Source: an uncultured Coriobacteriia bacterium
Lineage (GTDB): Bacteria; Actinomycetota; Coriobacteriia; Anaerosomatales; JAAXUF01
NCBI GenBank assembly: GCA_963726345.1
Contig: CAVSCC010000006.1
Location: 53,090 to 117,089 of the forward strand
Reading direction: 5' to 3'
Length of the DNA stretch: 64,000 nt
A model generated the notes under the pieces. It was not told where the DNA came from and ran no database searches. It saw nothing but the letters and a program-made list of their open reading frames with translations. This document shows, piece by piece, positions 1 to 11,209 of the stretch. Both the position numbers and the translations under genes were made by a program. Position 1 is the stretch's first letter, and every line of letters starts with the position of its first letter.

Positions 1-873
<873 letters not shown>

Positions 874-922
874 GAGTATCTACACCTCGAATGGTGGGTT
901 TTGACGGGGCTGAAGTAGCCCG

Positions 923-931
923 ATTCTAGCA
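923..931 (-). promoter_or_regulatory. Candidate extended -10 promoter element for secA (TGcTAGAAT)
   Basis: The reverse complement of 923-931 reads TGCTAGAAT, about 45 nt upstream of the secA ATG. I saw no convincing -35 element. Confidence 0.3.
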
Positions 932-1189
932 CAGGGGGTGCCGCTTCCCGCTCGAGCGAGGCACGCTCACACAATGCACAGAAGTGCCGATGCCTGGCCC
1001 GCGTGCGAGGACCTATCGGGCCCAGCCGACAGCTGTGGCGGCTCGTTTTCGGTGCCCCTCAGGAACTCCCGCTCCTCACCTCAATGAGCCTTGCAGCCGC
1101 CGCTTGCGACGCCCGGTTGTCCGGGAGCCCGACAAGCCCCGCACCGATCGGCAGAATCGAACCGACCTGCGAAGAGCGTAGGCCGCGGA

Positions 1190-1211
1190 CCTTACCGAGA
1201 CCTTACCGAGA
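1190..1211. repeat. Perfect 11-bp tandem duplication (ccttaccgaga x2)
   Basis: Read directly: 1190-1200 and 1201-1211 are identical. On the minus strand the stop codon of the ORF ending at 1192 lies inside the second copy. Confidence 0.9.
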
Positions 1212-4200
1212 GCGAACGCGCAAGCGGTGGCGACTCGACCCCAGTAGTTGGTCCGTCAGGATGTAGGCGGATGACGGCCTGGTCTCCATGGCGAGGATCT
1301 CGATCGTAGAGCGCTCGGGTCTCAGCTGACGGATCCAGACCCAGCTCCTCGGAGAGCAGGCGAACGCATGACGAAGTACGTGTCGATGGCGGAACTGCGC
1401 TGACACGCCAGGATCTGGCAACGCATCTGCATCTGGTAGAGATCCTCTCGCAGCTGATCCGCCTGTATCGCCCGACGCGCAAACACGAGGGCGTTCAGGC
1501 CATCGCCCTCCGACAGCATGAACGTCGCAGCCCGCTGCATGGCATCGATGTATGCGGATCGGTAGTGCGAGCGAATGCTGTCGAACCAGTCATCGTAGAG
1601 GTCGCCCGGCAGCAGATCCCCACGGTAGGTAGATGCAACCTGCTCGTATGCCGCCAAGACCGCGTCCACGTCATGAGCGGCCACGGCCTTGCGACCGCGA
1701 GCTAGACCTTCCTCGAAGTCATCGATGTCTGAACGCACCGTGCGATCTAGTGCCTTGCACACCCCATGCGCCGTCTCCACGTACGGGCTCCTTGCACCAG
1801 CAGAGCCCTCGCCTCCCAAGACGGACTTCATCGTGCTCCAAGCCACATACAGGTTGTTCCTCGCGCGGTCTTCATCCATGTCCGGCCAAAGGTGCTCGAG
1901 TATCTGCTCGCGAGGGATATCCTGCCCTCGTCGAATGACAAGCATCGCGAACAGCGTTCTGGCTTTCCGCTTGCTCCAGTCGCGCTCTCGCGGATTGTTC
2001 GGCCTCCGACGCTGACTTCCAGTCCGCCGAACACCCGCACATGACACGTCGGGCGTCCGCCGGTCTCGTCCAGTTGCCGGAGCGCCGTGTCATCAAGGAG
2101 TCGCCGCCCTAGCGCTTGCCAGGCCGATTCCTCCATGCTGGAACGAGAGCTCACAAGCGCCCGCTCGGCGTTCTCACGATGGAATCATTCGTAGCAGATG
2201 CCCAGGCAGCCTATCAACACCGACTGCTGACGGCAATCAGCGCAAGCAGATGCGGGAATGCCCGGCAGTACATCGCAACCTGCCAGTTCGAGCTACCCGA
2301 TTCGATGTATCGGCGTGACTCGGCAAGCCGCGACACCGCCCCTTCTGTGTTCCCGTCGATTCGCTCGATCTCCGCGAGAATCATGTCGGCCCGGAGTCGA
2401 TGATAGCGGTTCTCGTCCAAGCCCCTCATCGACTGCGACTTGGGCCCAAGCCGCTGACGTGGACACGTCGCCCAGCGCCAGGAAGTCGGCCGCGACTTCT
2501 AGCGCGGCGAGCCGTCGGCAACGGAAGACGTCGACAACCGAGAGATGCTCAAAAGCCCGCTCGGCTTGCATGAGCGACTCCTCGACTGCGCCGTGCGTCC
2601 TGAGAACTGTCGCCAGATAGATCCTGTTGACTTGGGCACTCTGCTCATCGCCTGCCTCTAGGCTGAGCCGGATTCCGTCTCTTATCAGAGTCAGTCCTTC
2701 CGCCACCGAGCCGAGGCCTGCCTCAACACTTCCAAGTGTCGGCAGGAAACAGCCGGAGATCGTCTTCAGACCCGGCGAGCGCCGCTTGGTCGAGCACCTC
2801 TCGAAGAATCAGCCGCGAGCGCTCCAGCTTGCCCGTCTCGCAGAGGCAGACTGCAAGATTCCCCCGAGCTCCCAGTCGGTCGGTGAGCCATAGGTGTTGG
2901 CAGTCGAGGAAGGGAGCGAGGAGAAGCGCCGACTGCGAGAAATCGCCTTGTGCCAAGCCGGGGAGAATCGATGCGAACAGACATGCCAGCATCCCTGTTC
3001 GCGAATCCCTTCCATCCCCTCCGACGAGCTCTCTGACGTGCGCGAGTGCCCTTTCGCTCTCTGAGAACTCACCCCGCGCAGCAGCCTGAATCCCCAGCGC
3101 AAGCAGCGCGGACGCAGAAGCCTCCTGAGCGATATCGTCCAAGGGCTGCCTCATCAGCTCGGCCGAGAGTTCCGACGCGCGATCAAACTGCCCCAGATTG
3201 CACAGGCAATGCACGGCCCTGGAGAGCGCCTCGATCTTGGTCTCCAGGTCACCGCCGTGTTCCGCCAACGAAAGCGCCGCTCTTGATCGTGCGAGCGCGT
3301 CTTCGTAGTGCTCGGCTTGCGCCGCCACGGCCGCAGACAGCAGCAGCAGCCTCGGTTGGGAGAACAGCACCGAGAGCGGAATCATGTCGAGTAGCGTATG
3401 CAGGGACTCAGCATGTGACTCGTCCAGAAGCGATGGGCCGTTCTCGAGCAGCCATGTCGCACTCAGATCGGCATCACCGATGCGTGCCAGCACCAGAGCC
3501 GCGCGCACGAGGCTTCGTCTGCCGGTCAAGACCGAGACGGACTTGCGAATCATCTCGTGCCCACAGGTCGAGATCCACTTGCCTTCATTGTGCATCCAGT
3601 ACTCGATGACTGAGTCATGAACGATGAACTCGGTTCTGGGATGCGATGGATCGCCAAACGCAATGAGAGGAAGTACTGTCGCTATACGCCGCACGTCCTT
3701 GTCCGTGAAGGTGATGCCGATGGCGTGTAGGTCTGTGCTGGTACCAGTCTTCAGCAACGCCATCCCGGCGGCGAGCGTCCTCTGCGTTTCGCTCAACTGG
3801 GTGTCCAGCAGATGCGCGAGCCAAAGCTCAAGACTCGCATTGGTGGCCGAACCCGAGTCGCGATCACCGCTCATCCCCGGGTTTCGCGACAGGACAGAAA
3901 ACAGAGCGACGTGCCCATTGCACTCAGAACGAAGCGCTAAGGCCCTGTCGAGCGCAGACCCTTCACGACGCGACGGGTCTAGCAGCTCGGCTGCCTCCGG
4001 CTCTGTGAGTCGAAGCTCATCTGCGCCGAGCACAGTGCAATCCCGAACAATCTCGGCTTCAGTGCCTCTCAACTTGGCGCGCCGTGAACACGAATCTGGC
4101 TCGCCCCCGTAGGGACGCCCCCATGCGCCGGGCCACGAGCACGGCATCGCCGATGCCGCCGGTGGGAACGTCATCGACAACGATGCAGATGCTTCCCTGA

Positions 4201-4634
4201 GGCAGCTCCGCAGCGGTCGACTCGATCGCGTCGAGCAGGTCCGGTAGCTGAATGGCTTCAAGCCCCTCAACGCCATTGGGCGGTGCGTCTGGCAGCGCCA
4301 GGCGGAGTGCCCTGAGGGCCTCTTGGGCAATGCTCCGGCCGTCTCGAATGGAACCGTTCGATGCGTCAATCCAAATACTGAACCGGCATCGGAGCGCGAA
4401 CTGCGCGGCGGCTACCGACTTGCCGTAGCCGGACGGAGCCACGAGCACGCAGACTCTGGAGCCGCCCTGCTGAATGAGCGCAGCAATCCGGCCGCGGTCT
4501 ACGCACTGGCTCACATCGGGTACCCCTCTGGCCCAAGACAATGCACACATAAGCGTGCCTCCAAGGAACAGGGACGAGGGGTGCCCAAGTCTTTGCGGAG
4601 CAAGACAATACCCAGAAAGCGCGACGGCATGCAA
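1192..4634 (-). CDS. Large STAND-type transcriptional regulator: N-terminal P-loop ATPase, long TPR/MalT-like helical region, C-terminal OmpR-type winged helix + BTAD (SARP) domain; at least 6 frame breaks as sequenced
   Basis: Consecutive minus-strand ORF fragments carry the conserved parts. 4059..4634 has the Walker A (VLVAPSGYGKSVAAAQF, then ICIVVDDV). 2723..4369 is a MalT-like segment (...DELRLTEPEAAELL...) followed by helical repeats. 2293..2706 and 2214..2429 are TPR-like. 1828..2154 has VRVFGGLEVSVGGRTI. 1322..2047 has WSKRKARTLFAMLVIRRGQDIPREQILEHLWPDMDEDRARNNLYVAWSTMKSVLGG followed by BTAD (YRGDLLPGDLYDDWF...REDLYQMQMRC). 1192..1482 has LLSEELGLDPSAETRALYDR. The exact start and stop are uncertain. 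Confidence 0.7.
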
Positions 4635-4752
4635 GCAACGCTGAGTTCAACGGGAGGCCGCGAACGTCGGCCTGCTCGCCAGCGAAGGCGAGCTGTTGCT
4701 CGCACGCTACACGCGCCGGCGCCGGCTCAGCTCGGGACTCGACCTGGCAAGT

Positions 4753-5235
4753 CTACTGCCTGGGAGACTCAGAGAGGAATCGTCGGCCCGCTGCTACTTG
4801 CGTCATGCCGAAGACGATTACAACTATCACCGCCACCATGAGTACAACATCGCCCGGACTCAGCAGCAGCACTGCACTACCCCAGGTGACCGGAATAGAA
4901 TCCCCGAGCATCTCCAAGAGATCGCCTTGCATGGCCACTCGGTAGAAGCCTCCAGTGCTCTTCGCGATTTCCATCGCCGAAGCGACAGACGCTAGTACGG
5001 ACGCCCTCTTGTCCAGGACAACAGGCATCCCGGCATTCAAGAGCACAACATTCACATTCATCAGAATCCCCACTGCGCCGAGCAGCATCCCGGGCGTGTC
5101 GGAGTTGAGTAGCATCACCGCGATTAGGACCACGGATGCCACCGTCCAGACAGGGAGTGACAATCTCGTTGCAGATAGCGCTCCCATCATGCGGCCGCGT
5201 GCAGCGGCCTGGACAACGAAGAGCAGGAGCACCAA
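4753..5235 (-). CDS. Multi-pass membrane protein, DUF5317-like
   Basis: The 160-aa ORF is hydrophobic throughout. The motifs ...NVNVVLLNAGMPVV... and ...LGDSIPV...LLLSPGDVVL resemble the DUF5317 family as I remember it. Hydrophobic fragments upstream in other frames (4877..5323, 5336..5608) could be a frame-shifted N-terminal extension reaching about 5590. Confidence 0.5.
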   Translation of the reverse strand: MVLLLFVVQAAARGRMMGALSATRLSLPVWTVASVVLIAVMLLNSDTPGMLLGAVGILMNVNVVLLNAGMPVVLDKRASVLASVASAMEIAKSTGGFYRVAMQGDLLEMLGDSIPVTWGSAVLLLSPGDVVLMVAVIVVIVFGMTQVAAGRRFLSESPRQ

Positions 5236-5635
5236 CCACTCCCATCGGAGCCTCAGGTGGGAGAGACTCCGTCAGGGATCCCCCAATTGCGAACCCCAAG
5301 AAGAACGCCGACCACGACTGCAACCAACGCTGGCACTATCTGACCGCCGGGATCCGGTACCCCAAGGCGAGGGCCGCACCGACAACCAACGACTTCACTG
5401 AGGCAGAAACCCACGGGGCGACACGGTCAACGGCGTTGCCCGCGTGCGCCGCGGCGACGTCGGCATGTCGAGCCGCATCCGCGTCGCTGGCAAGCGCGAC
5501 AATGAGCCCCGCGAGCAAGATCGTCCGCCGCAGGCGGTCCTCAGGCAGAGTAGCCGTCACAGATTCGAATGATAGGAAGAACATCGTCGAAGAAGTGGAC
5601 GCCCTCAAACACCGCGGATGAGGTTCCCACAGCGA

Positions 5636-6490
5636 TCACTGGGCCGCCACCGCCTTCCGGAAGTGCCAGTAGTCCGATGTGCTGCCGATGGCGTCGACAT
5701 CATGCAGCAGTGCAGCGTAGCTGATGCGCTCGACTCTCTGCGCCGAGAGGCCGATACGCATGGCGATGGCTCGCGCCGCTGCGGCGGTCCGCTCCGCATG
5801 ACCAACGCGTCCGTGCATCTTGGCCTCAGCGGCCTCGACGAGAACCTCCACCGTCGTGCGATAGAGCTCGCGAATGTCAAGCAGCATCGCGTACGACTGT
5901 CGCATCAGGAACAGCAGCGCAACGACGGGAATCAGACTCCAAGCTCCCATATCCGTTGAAGGTGATGAGCAGGAGCACTGAAGCGGACCACTGCGCCACC
6001 AGCAGCGGAGCCTGCCCGCGCAAGTTACCCCGAAGCAGCCGGCCAAACGGGCGTCCTGTTCCGACAGCCGCAACGAACTGCGCAGCGACAAGGTCGGTCA
6101 TCAGGATATGCCGCAGGCACCAGCGCGGCGCAGAGCAGAGCTGTTGTAGAGCCGCTCGGTCGAGGGACAAGACAACACGCGGTCAGTGCGCTGCGCACAA
6201 GGCCGCGCACCGCGCAACACGGCGCTAATGCACGCGTCGGCGCATGTCGGTGCCATGACGGGCCAAGATGAGTGACAAGGACGGATCCGATGCAAATCAC
6301 CGCTGCCCAAACCGGCCCCAGTATAACCACTGCAGCCGCAGTCAGCGCGCCACTGACTCCGATGCTGTCGCCGCGCGGCAGGGAGATGTCGAACGAGTCG
6401 AGCACGACAGATCGCCAAGAAGAACCAGAGCGTCCAGTAGGACCATCGTGAATCGGGGAGGAACTGCTGAGCGAGAGGCTCGAGGTCCAC
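5636..6490 (-). CDS. Membrane protein with C-terminal HD-domain fragment (short, no GYP part); about 2 frame breaks
   Basis: The fragments 6101..6490 (MDLEPLAQQFLPDSRWSYWTLWFFLAI...) and 6025..6405 (VLDSFDISLPRGDSIGVSGALTAAAVVILGPVWAAVICIG...) are hydrophobic. 5636..6091 ends with ...GHAERTAAAARAIAMRIGLSAQRVERISYAALLHDVDAIG, the H...HD part of an HD domain, and stops about 20 aa later. Confidence 0.55.
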
Positions 6491-6567
6491 TACGCCTCAC
6501 CCCCCTGAGCGTGCTCAGATACCGCAGGGCCTTGCCCAGTCTCGGGCGGCTTGCCTGTGGCTCTGGG

Positions 6568-7772
6568 TCACCAACCCCTCCCCCGATGAAGGCCGCTGAC
6601 CAGTTCCGGATCGAACTGGCTACCCGCTCCGCCGATGAGCTCGGCGATTGCCTGCTCGTGGGTGAGTGCGGGACGGTAGGAGCGAGTCGTAGTCATCGCG
6701 TCGTAGGAATCGGCCACGCACAGGATAGCGCGAGCTGAGGAATCGCCGGCGCCTTCTCCCCGAGCGGATAGCCGCCTCCGCCATACCACTCATGATGGTT
6801 GCCGACGAAGTCAGCCAGGTCCTTCAGCGGCGGGATCTTCGCAACCATCTCCGCACCACGAGTCGGATGAAGCCGAATCGAGTCCATTTCCTCGTCGGTG
6901 AGCGACCTGGCTTGGTGAGCAGCTGCACTCGGGCACGGCGAGCTTGCCCAGGTCGTGCAGGAGCGCTGCGTACTCCAGCCGCTCGAGCGTCCCTGGAGTC
7001 CAGCCCGACCGCCGCTCCGAGCTTCAGCGCATACCGGCAACACGCTCGGAATGACCACGCGTGTACGGGTCCTTGGCCTCAAGCGCGCCGATGAGCGAGC
7101 GAACCGTGTCCGCGTATGCCTCCTTGAGGGCCGCGTAGCGCTGGTACAGCTGCCGCGCGACCAGCAGGGGCGCGACGAAGAGCGGGAAGCGCGATGCGGA
7201 CTGACGGCGAGCACCTGGGCAATCAGGAAGCCAACGAATGCCAGCGCGAGCTGAGACGGCACCAGCCACAGCAAGCCGCGGACGCGATGCTGCGAAGTGA
7301 CTCTGCTCCCGATCGCAGCAATGGCCGAGCGCCGTGAGCAGCGACATTCCCGAGCGCGCAGATCAGCGCCACCGCCAGCAGCGGCACCAGCACGCGCGGG
7401 AAATCGCCGTACGCGAAGGGCGCGCCGTGACCAGCAGCCCACAGAAGCGAGTCGCGAGCCAGTACTTCGACAGGGCCAGGTAAGTCCAGCCGCCGGCCAG
7501 AGTGACCAAGGAGAAGCTCACCGAGGTTGAACAGCATGACGCTAGGGAAGGTCTTGTCTCGAATGTCAGCGATACTCACAGCGGTGAGGCGCAGCAACGA
7601 TCGCCGCGCTCGTGGGACCATCAAGAACCATCGCCGCCACGGTCAGCGGATACGCAAGCGAAATCGTGTACGTCGGCAAGTGCCAGCGCGTAGTTCTCGC
7701 TCGAGCACTGCCGCAACCGCCAGCAGCGCCAACGAGAATGACGGCTGCGGCGGCAACGTCACGCCATGACAA
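6568..7772 (-). CDS. Membrane-anchored HD-GYP domain phosphodiesterase (c-di-GMP type); at least 4 frame breaks
   Basis: The N-terminal fragments are hydrophobic (7566..7772, 7223..7624). The HD-GYP catalytic core is spread over three frames. 7024..7347 has EAKDPYTRGHSERVAG. 6693..7442 has LTDEEMDSIRLHPTRGAEMVAKIPPLKDLADFVGNHHEWYGGGGYPLG. 6568..6789 has ILCVADSYDAMTTTRSYRPALTHEQAIAELIGGAGSQFDPELV. Confidence 0.8.
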
Positions 7773-7900
7773 CGACCAGCGCGATCACGCCCAGGACGAG
7801 AGACCGCGTACGAGAGAATGCGGAAGGGGCGGGAGGCCGACTAGATTCGCTCCATGCGGCTCGCCCGCCCCTTCGCAATTTGGACCGAGCGCCATCGATA

Positions 7901-7978
7901 CTAACGAATCTTGATCCAGGCACCGCCCATAAGCACGACGGATGCGAGTGACGCGAGAACCAGGTAGATACGCTTCAT
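7901..7978 (-). CDS. Possible 25-aa hydrophobic small peptide (MKRIYLVLASLASVVLMGGAWIKIR)
   Basis: Found by manual translation; it is too short for the ORF track. The ATG at 7978 is preceded by GAAGGGGG about 10 nt upstream, and the TAG stop is at 7903..7901. It lies in a lower-GC 350-bp gap. There is no homology evidence. Confidence 0.25.
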   Translation of the reverse strand: MKRIYLVLASLASVVLMGGAWIKIR

Positions 7979-8122
7979 GGTGAGAAGACCCCCTTCGCAG
8001 TACAGGTTTGGTCTTCTCCCATCCCGCTAGTGATGGAAGAACGCTGTCCGCTCCGCTCATTTCAGTGCTGACAGTGTCTTTCGCACGGTGGTTCATGGCG
8101 CCGGTCCAAACTGAGGGATTCA

Positions 8123-8794
8123 TTATTCAGTTGTCAGGAAGTCCATTCGGCGGTTGATTGCGTCCAGTGTGGCGCGCACCACCGAGTCATTGTCATTTTG
8201 GCGCACCATCGCTGAACCCGAGAAAGTCTGCTCTCCCAGCCCGCTCACCAGGGCGATGCAGGAGACGGCCGCCTTCTCCCTCCCCAACTTCACGATTGCC
8301 ACGTCTTCCAGAGCGAACGACGTCTTGGCGTCGGAGTACTGGCTCACTGCATCGAGCGTTGCGGTCGCGACCAGCCGAAGCCGTCCGGTCTGACTCGCCG
8401 GGCCGCTCGCAGTTCCTGTGTACTCCGCCCCGCCGATCTCAAGCAAAACACTTGCCGACGCCTGCACGCCGCTCACGGTGGCGTTGATCGAGCAGATCCG
8501 CGGACGGATCGCCGAAGGGCGCCTGAGCGGCTCCCCCTCGGGCTTGACCGCGTCTCGGCCAAGAAGCGCGATGGAGATCTTCTTGTGGTCGACCGGGATT
8601 CCAAACGTGGCCATGAGACACGACTCGATGTCGCGCACCAGCTGCTTGGGGGCCTTGGTCGGAAGCGCGAGGACGTGAATCTCGGAGATGGCTCCGTCGG
8701 GCTCGACCACCACCCGGGCGGCCTTGATCTCGCCCACTTGCGACAGTGCGGCCTCAATGTCCTCGACTCGGACTTGGGATGCGTTGGGTTCCAC
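8123..8794 (-). CDS. Conserved-looking hypothetical cytoplasmic protein, two-domain, unknown function (intact)
   Basis: The ORF is an intact 223 aa with non-shadow-like composition. The N-terminal part reads VEDIEAALSQVGEIKAARVVVEPDGAISEIHVLALPTKAPKQLVRDIESCLMATFGIPVDHKKISIA. The C-terminal half (...LLEIGGAEYTGTASGPASQTGRLRLVATATLDAVSQY...) only vaguely recalls small-molecule-binding alpha/beta regulatory domains. I made no firm family assignment. Confidence 0.6.
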   Translation of the reverse strand: MEPNASQVRVEDIEAALSQVGEIKAARVVVEPDGAISEIHVLALPTKAPKQLVRDIESCLMATFGIPVDHKKISIALLGRDAVKPEGEPLRRPSAIRPRICSINATVSGVQASASVLLEIGGAEYTGTASGPASQTGRLRLVATATLDAVSQYSDAKTSFALEDVAIVKLGREKAAVSCIALVSGLGEQTFSGSAMVRQNDNDSVVRATLDAINRRMDFLTTE

Positions 8795-8993
8795 TTGGGA
8801 GCTCCCCTGCTACGACGATGGCTGCGACTACTCTACCAAGTGTACGGTGCGCAGAACCATCGCACCGCTATGTATCGTAGGCATCGCGCGAGAGCACTGT
8901 CAACAAGTGCGCTTCAAGCGTGATTGACGACACACCAAAGGACGAGGGGCGCACCGGGCGCCCCTCGACGAATTCGGCGTGTTGCCGGAGCGG

Positions 8994-9549
8994 CTAGACG
9001 CGCGGCTGAATCAGCCCGTAGTCGCCGTCGTTGCGACGGTATAGGACGTTCAGCACGTTGCTCTCGGCGTGCTGTGAACACGTAGAAGTCGTGCCCCAGC
9101 AGCTCGAGCTGCAGCATCGCTTCCTCTGCAGACATCGGCTCAACGTCGACCGTCTTGGTGCGAACGACCTCGCGCTCTTCCTCGGCCGGTTCGCTGATCT
9201 GCGAGTCGCCCGGCGCGGTCTTGACCACCAGGTGGCCGTGGTTGCGCTTGTCGATGATGCGCTTCTTGTACTTGCGCATCTGCCGCTCGGCCTTGTCGGC
9301 GGCCAAGTCGATCGCGGCGTACATGTCAGAGGCCGCCTCCTCGGCGCGCACCACAGCGCGCTTCATGTGCAGGGTGATCTCGGCGACAGCGGGTGTCGGG
9401 TTGGCAGGGTTCTTCTCGACGCGGATGACCAAGTCGGCGTTCATTGGCTCGGCATCGAATACTTTGGCGATGCGGCCGATCTTCTCCTCGGCGTAGGAGC
9501 GGATCGGGTCGGTGACATGCATGTGGCGTCCGGTGACGGTTACTTGCAT
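8994..9549 (-). CDS. hpf: Ribosome hibernation promoting factor, long form; 1 frame break near 9065-9075
   Basis: The sequence MQVTVTGRHMHVTDPIRSYAEEKIGRIAKVFD...ITLHMKRAVVRAEEAASDMYAAIDLAADKAERQMRKYKKR... is followed by the C-terminal dimerisation domain MSAEEAMLQLELLGHDFYVF. The conserved end AESNVLNVLYRRNDGDYGLIQPRV-stop is in the adjacent frame, with the stop at 8996..8994. Confidence 0.9.
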
Positions 9550-9645
9550 CGCGAACCTCCCTTGGATCGGGTGTAAGAAGAAGATACCCCCCGCCGCGCC
9601 GCGCTCACGCGATGAGGGGTATCGGTTCCGTGAATCTGGATGTGC

Positions 9646-10382
9646 CTACGTGATGTGGCCCAGGAAGTCCTTGGTGCGCTCGCTCTTGGGATGGTCGAAG
9701 ACTTCTTCCGGCGTGCCCTGCTCGTGGACCACGCCTTCGTCCATGAAGACGACGCGGTCGGCGACGTCACGAGCGAAACCCATCTCGTGAGTCACGACGA
9801 TCATGGTCATGCCGCCCTTGGCGAGATCCTTCATGACGTCGAGGACGCCGCGGACGAGCTCGGGGTCGAGCGCCGAGGTCGCCTCGTCGAACAGCATCAC
9901 GTGCGGGTCCATCGCCAGCGCACGCGCGATGGCGACGCGCTGCTGCTGGCCGCCGGAGAGCTGCGCCGGGAAGCAGTCGATCTTGTCGCCCAGGCCGACC
10001 TTGTCCAGCTGTACATCGGCGATCTCGCGCCGCCTCGGCCTTGGAGCGGCCCAGCACCTTCTGCTGGGCGAGCATGACGTTGCCCTTTGCCGTGAGGTGC
10101 GGGAACAGGTTGAAGCTCTGGAACACCATCCCGATGTTCTCGCGGATCTTGTTGATGTTGGTCGCGGGGTCGGTGATCTCGGTGTCCTCGAAGAAGATCT
10201 TGCCGCCAGTGGGTTCTTCAAGCTTGTTGATGCAGCGAAGCATCGTCGACTTGCCCGAGCCGGACGGGCCCAAGATGACGACCACCTCGCCCTTGTTGAC
10301 GTCGAGGTCGATGCCCTTGAGCACTTCGTTGGATCCGAAGTACTTGTGCAGCTGCTGGATGCGTACGATCGGCTGAGTCCAT
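9646..10382 (-). CDS. Polar amino-acid ABC transporter ATP-binding protein; frame breaks near 10040 and just after the start codon
   Basis: The recognisable motifs are [13 protein letters not shown], Walker [10 protein letters not shown], signature [15 protein letters not shown], Walker [14 protein letters not shown] and [18 protein letters not shown] precedes the ATG at 10382..10380, but the ATG is one base out of frame with the conserved sequence. The ORF track fuses this gene with the permease (9767..11209). Confidence 0.9.
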
Positions 10383-10392
10383 GGGTCGCCTC

Positions 10393-11209
10393 CTACTCTG
10401 ACTCGACTGGTGTGGACATCGGGTGTGCCGCCTCGGATAGCGAGGACTTCAGCTTCGAGCCCTTGGGCTTCTTGGGCTGGAGGCGTCGCTCCGCCCTCGG
10501 CCACCGCCAGGCGCTCCTCGAGCGTGCGGACGTAGTAGATGAGCGGTGTCGTGACGATCAGGTAGAAGCCGGCAGCCACCACGTACGGCGTGACGTTGCC
10601 GGTGATCGCCGAGAGGTTCTTCGAGTACATCATCAGCTCGAAGACGCCGACCGCCGACAGCATCGCCGTGTCCTTGTAGAGCAGGATGAACTCCGACGTC
10701 ATAGTCGGCAGAACGCGCTTGACGGTCTGCGGAACGATGACGTTCTGCATCGCCTGCCAGTACGTCATGCCGAGCGAAGAAGCGGCCTCGAACTGGCCGC
10801 GAGATATCGACTGGATGCCCGCGCGGAAGATCTCGGCCAGGTAGGCCGAGGAGTTCAGCGCGAGAACGATGATGCCCAGGACGTACTTGTTGCCTTGGAT
10901 ACCGATGAGCGGAAGACCGAAGAATGCGATGTAGATCTGCAGGAAGAGCGGCGTGCCGCGAATCACGTTGACGTAGGTCGAAGCGAGCCATCGGACGGGC
11001 GCGATCTTCGACATCTTCGCGAACGCGAGCGCGAGGCCGATGGGAATGGCGAGCGGGAAGCCGATCGCGACCAGCGCCATGGCCACAAGCCAGCCCTTGA
11101 ACTCGACGAAGATGCTCGCGACGATGATCTGCGGCTTGAAGAACATGTTCAGGAAGTTGACCGAGTTCCACGCCTGCACCCACGGCTGCTGGTCGAGCCA
11201 GAAGATCAT
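10393..11209 (-). CDS. Polar amino-acid ABC transporter permease (His/Glu/Gln/Arg family)
   Basis: Motifs include ...WLASTYVNVIRGTPLFLQIYIAFFGLP..., the EAA-type loop QFEAASSLGMTYWQAMQNVIVPQTVKRVLP, and multiple TM segments. As sequenced the frame reads through into the ATPase. A TAG at 10395..10393 in the neighbouring frame, just before the GGAGG RBS, is the likely true stop. Confidence 0.85.

Noticed and set aside
1140-1260. A tRNA-like T-arm sequence (minus strand GGTTCGATTC) suggested a tRNA or tmRNA gene between the regulator and secA.
   Set aside because: I could not fold the flanks into acceptor, D or anticodon arms. The putative T-stem does not pair (GTCGG versus CTGCC), and the region overlaps the frame-shifted 3' end of the regulator gene.
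7785-8123. A 112-aa minus-strand ORF in the gap between the HD-GYP gene and the 8123-8794 gene.
   Set aside because: It has no motif, odd composition and no RBS. It overlaps the hairpin and small-peptide region in another frame and is likely non-coding.
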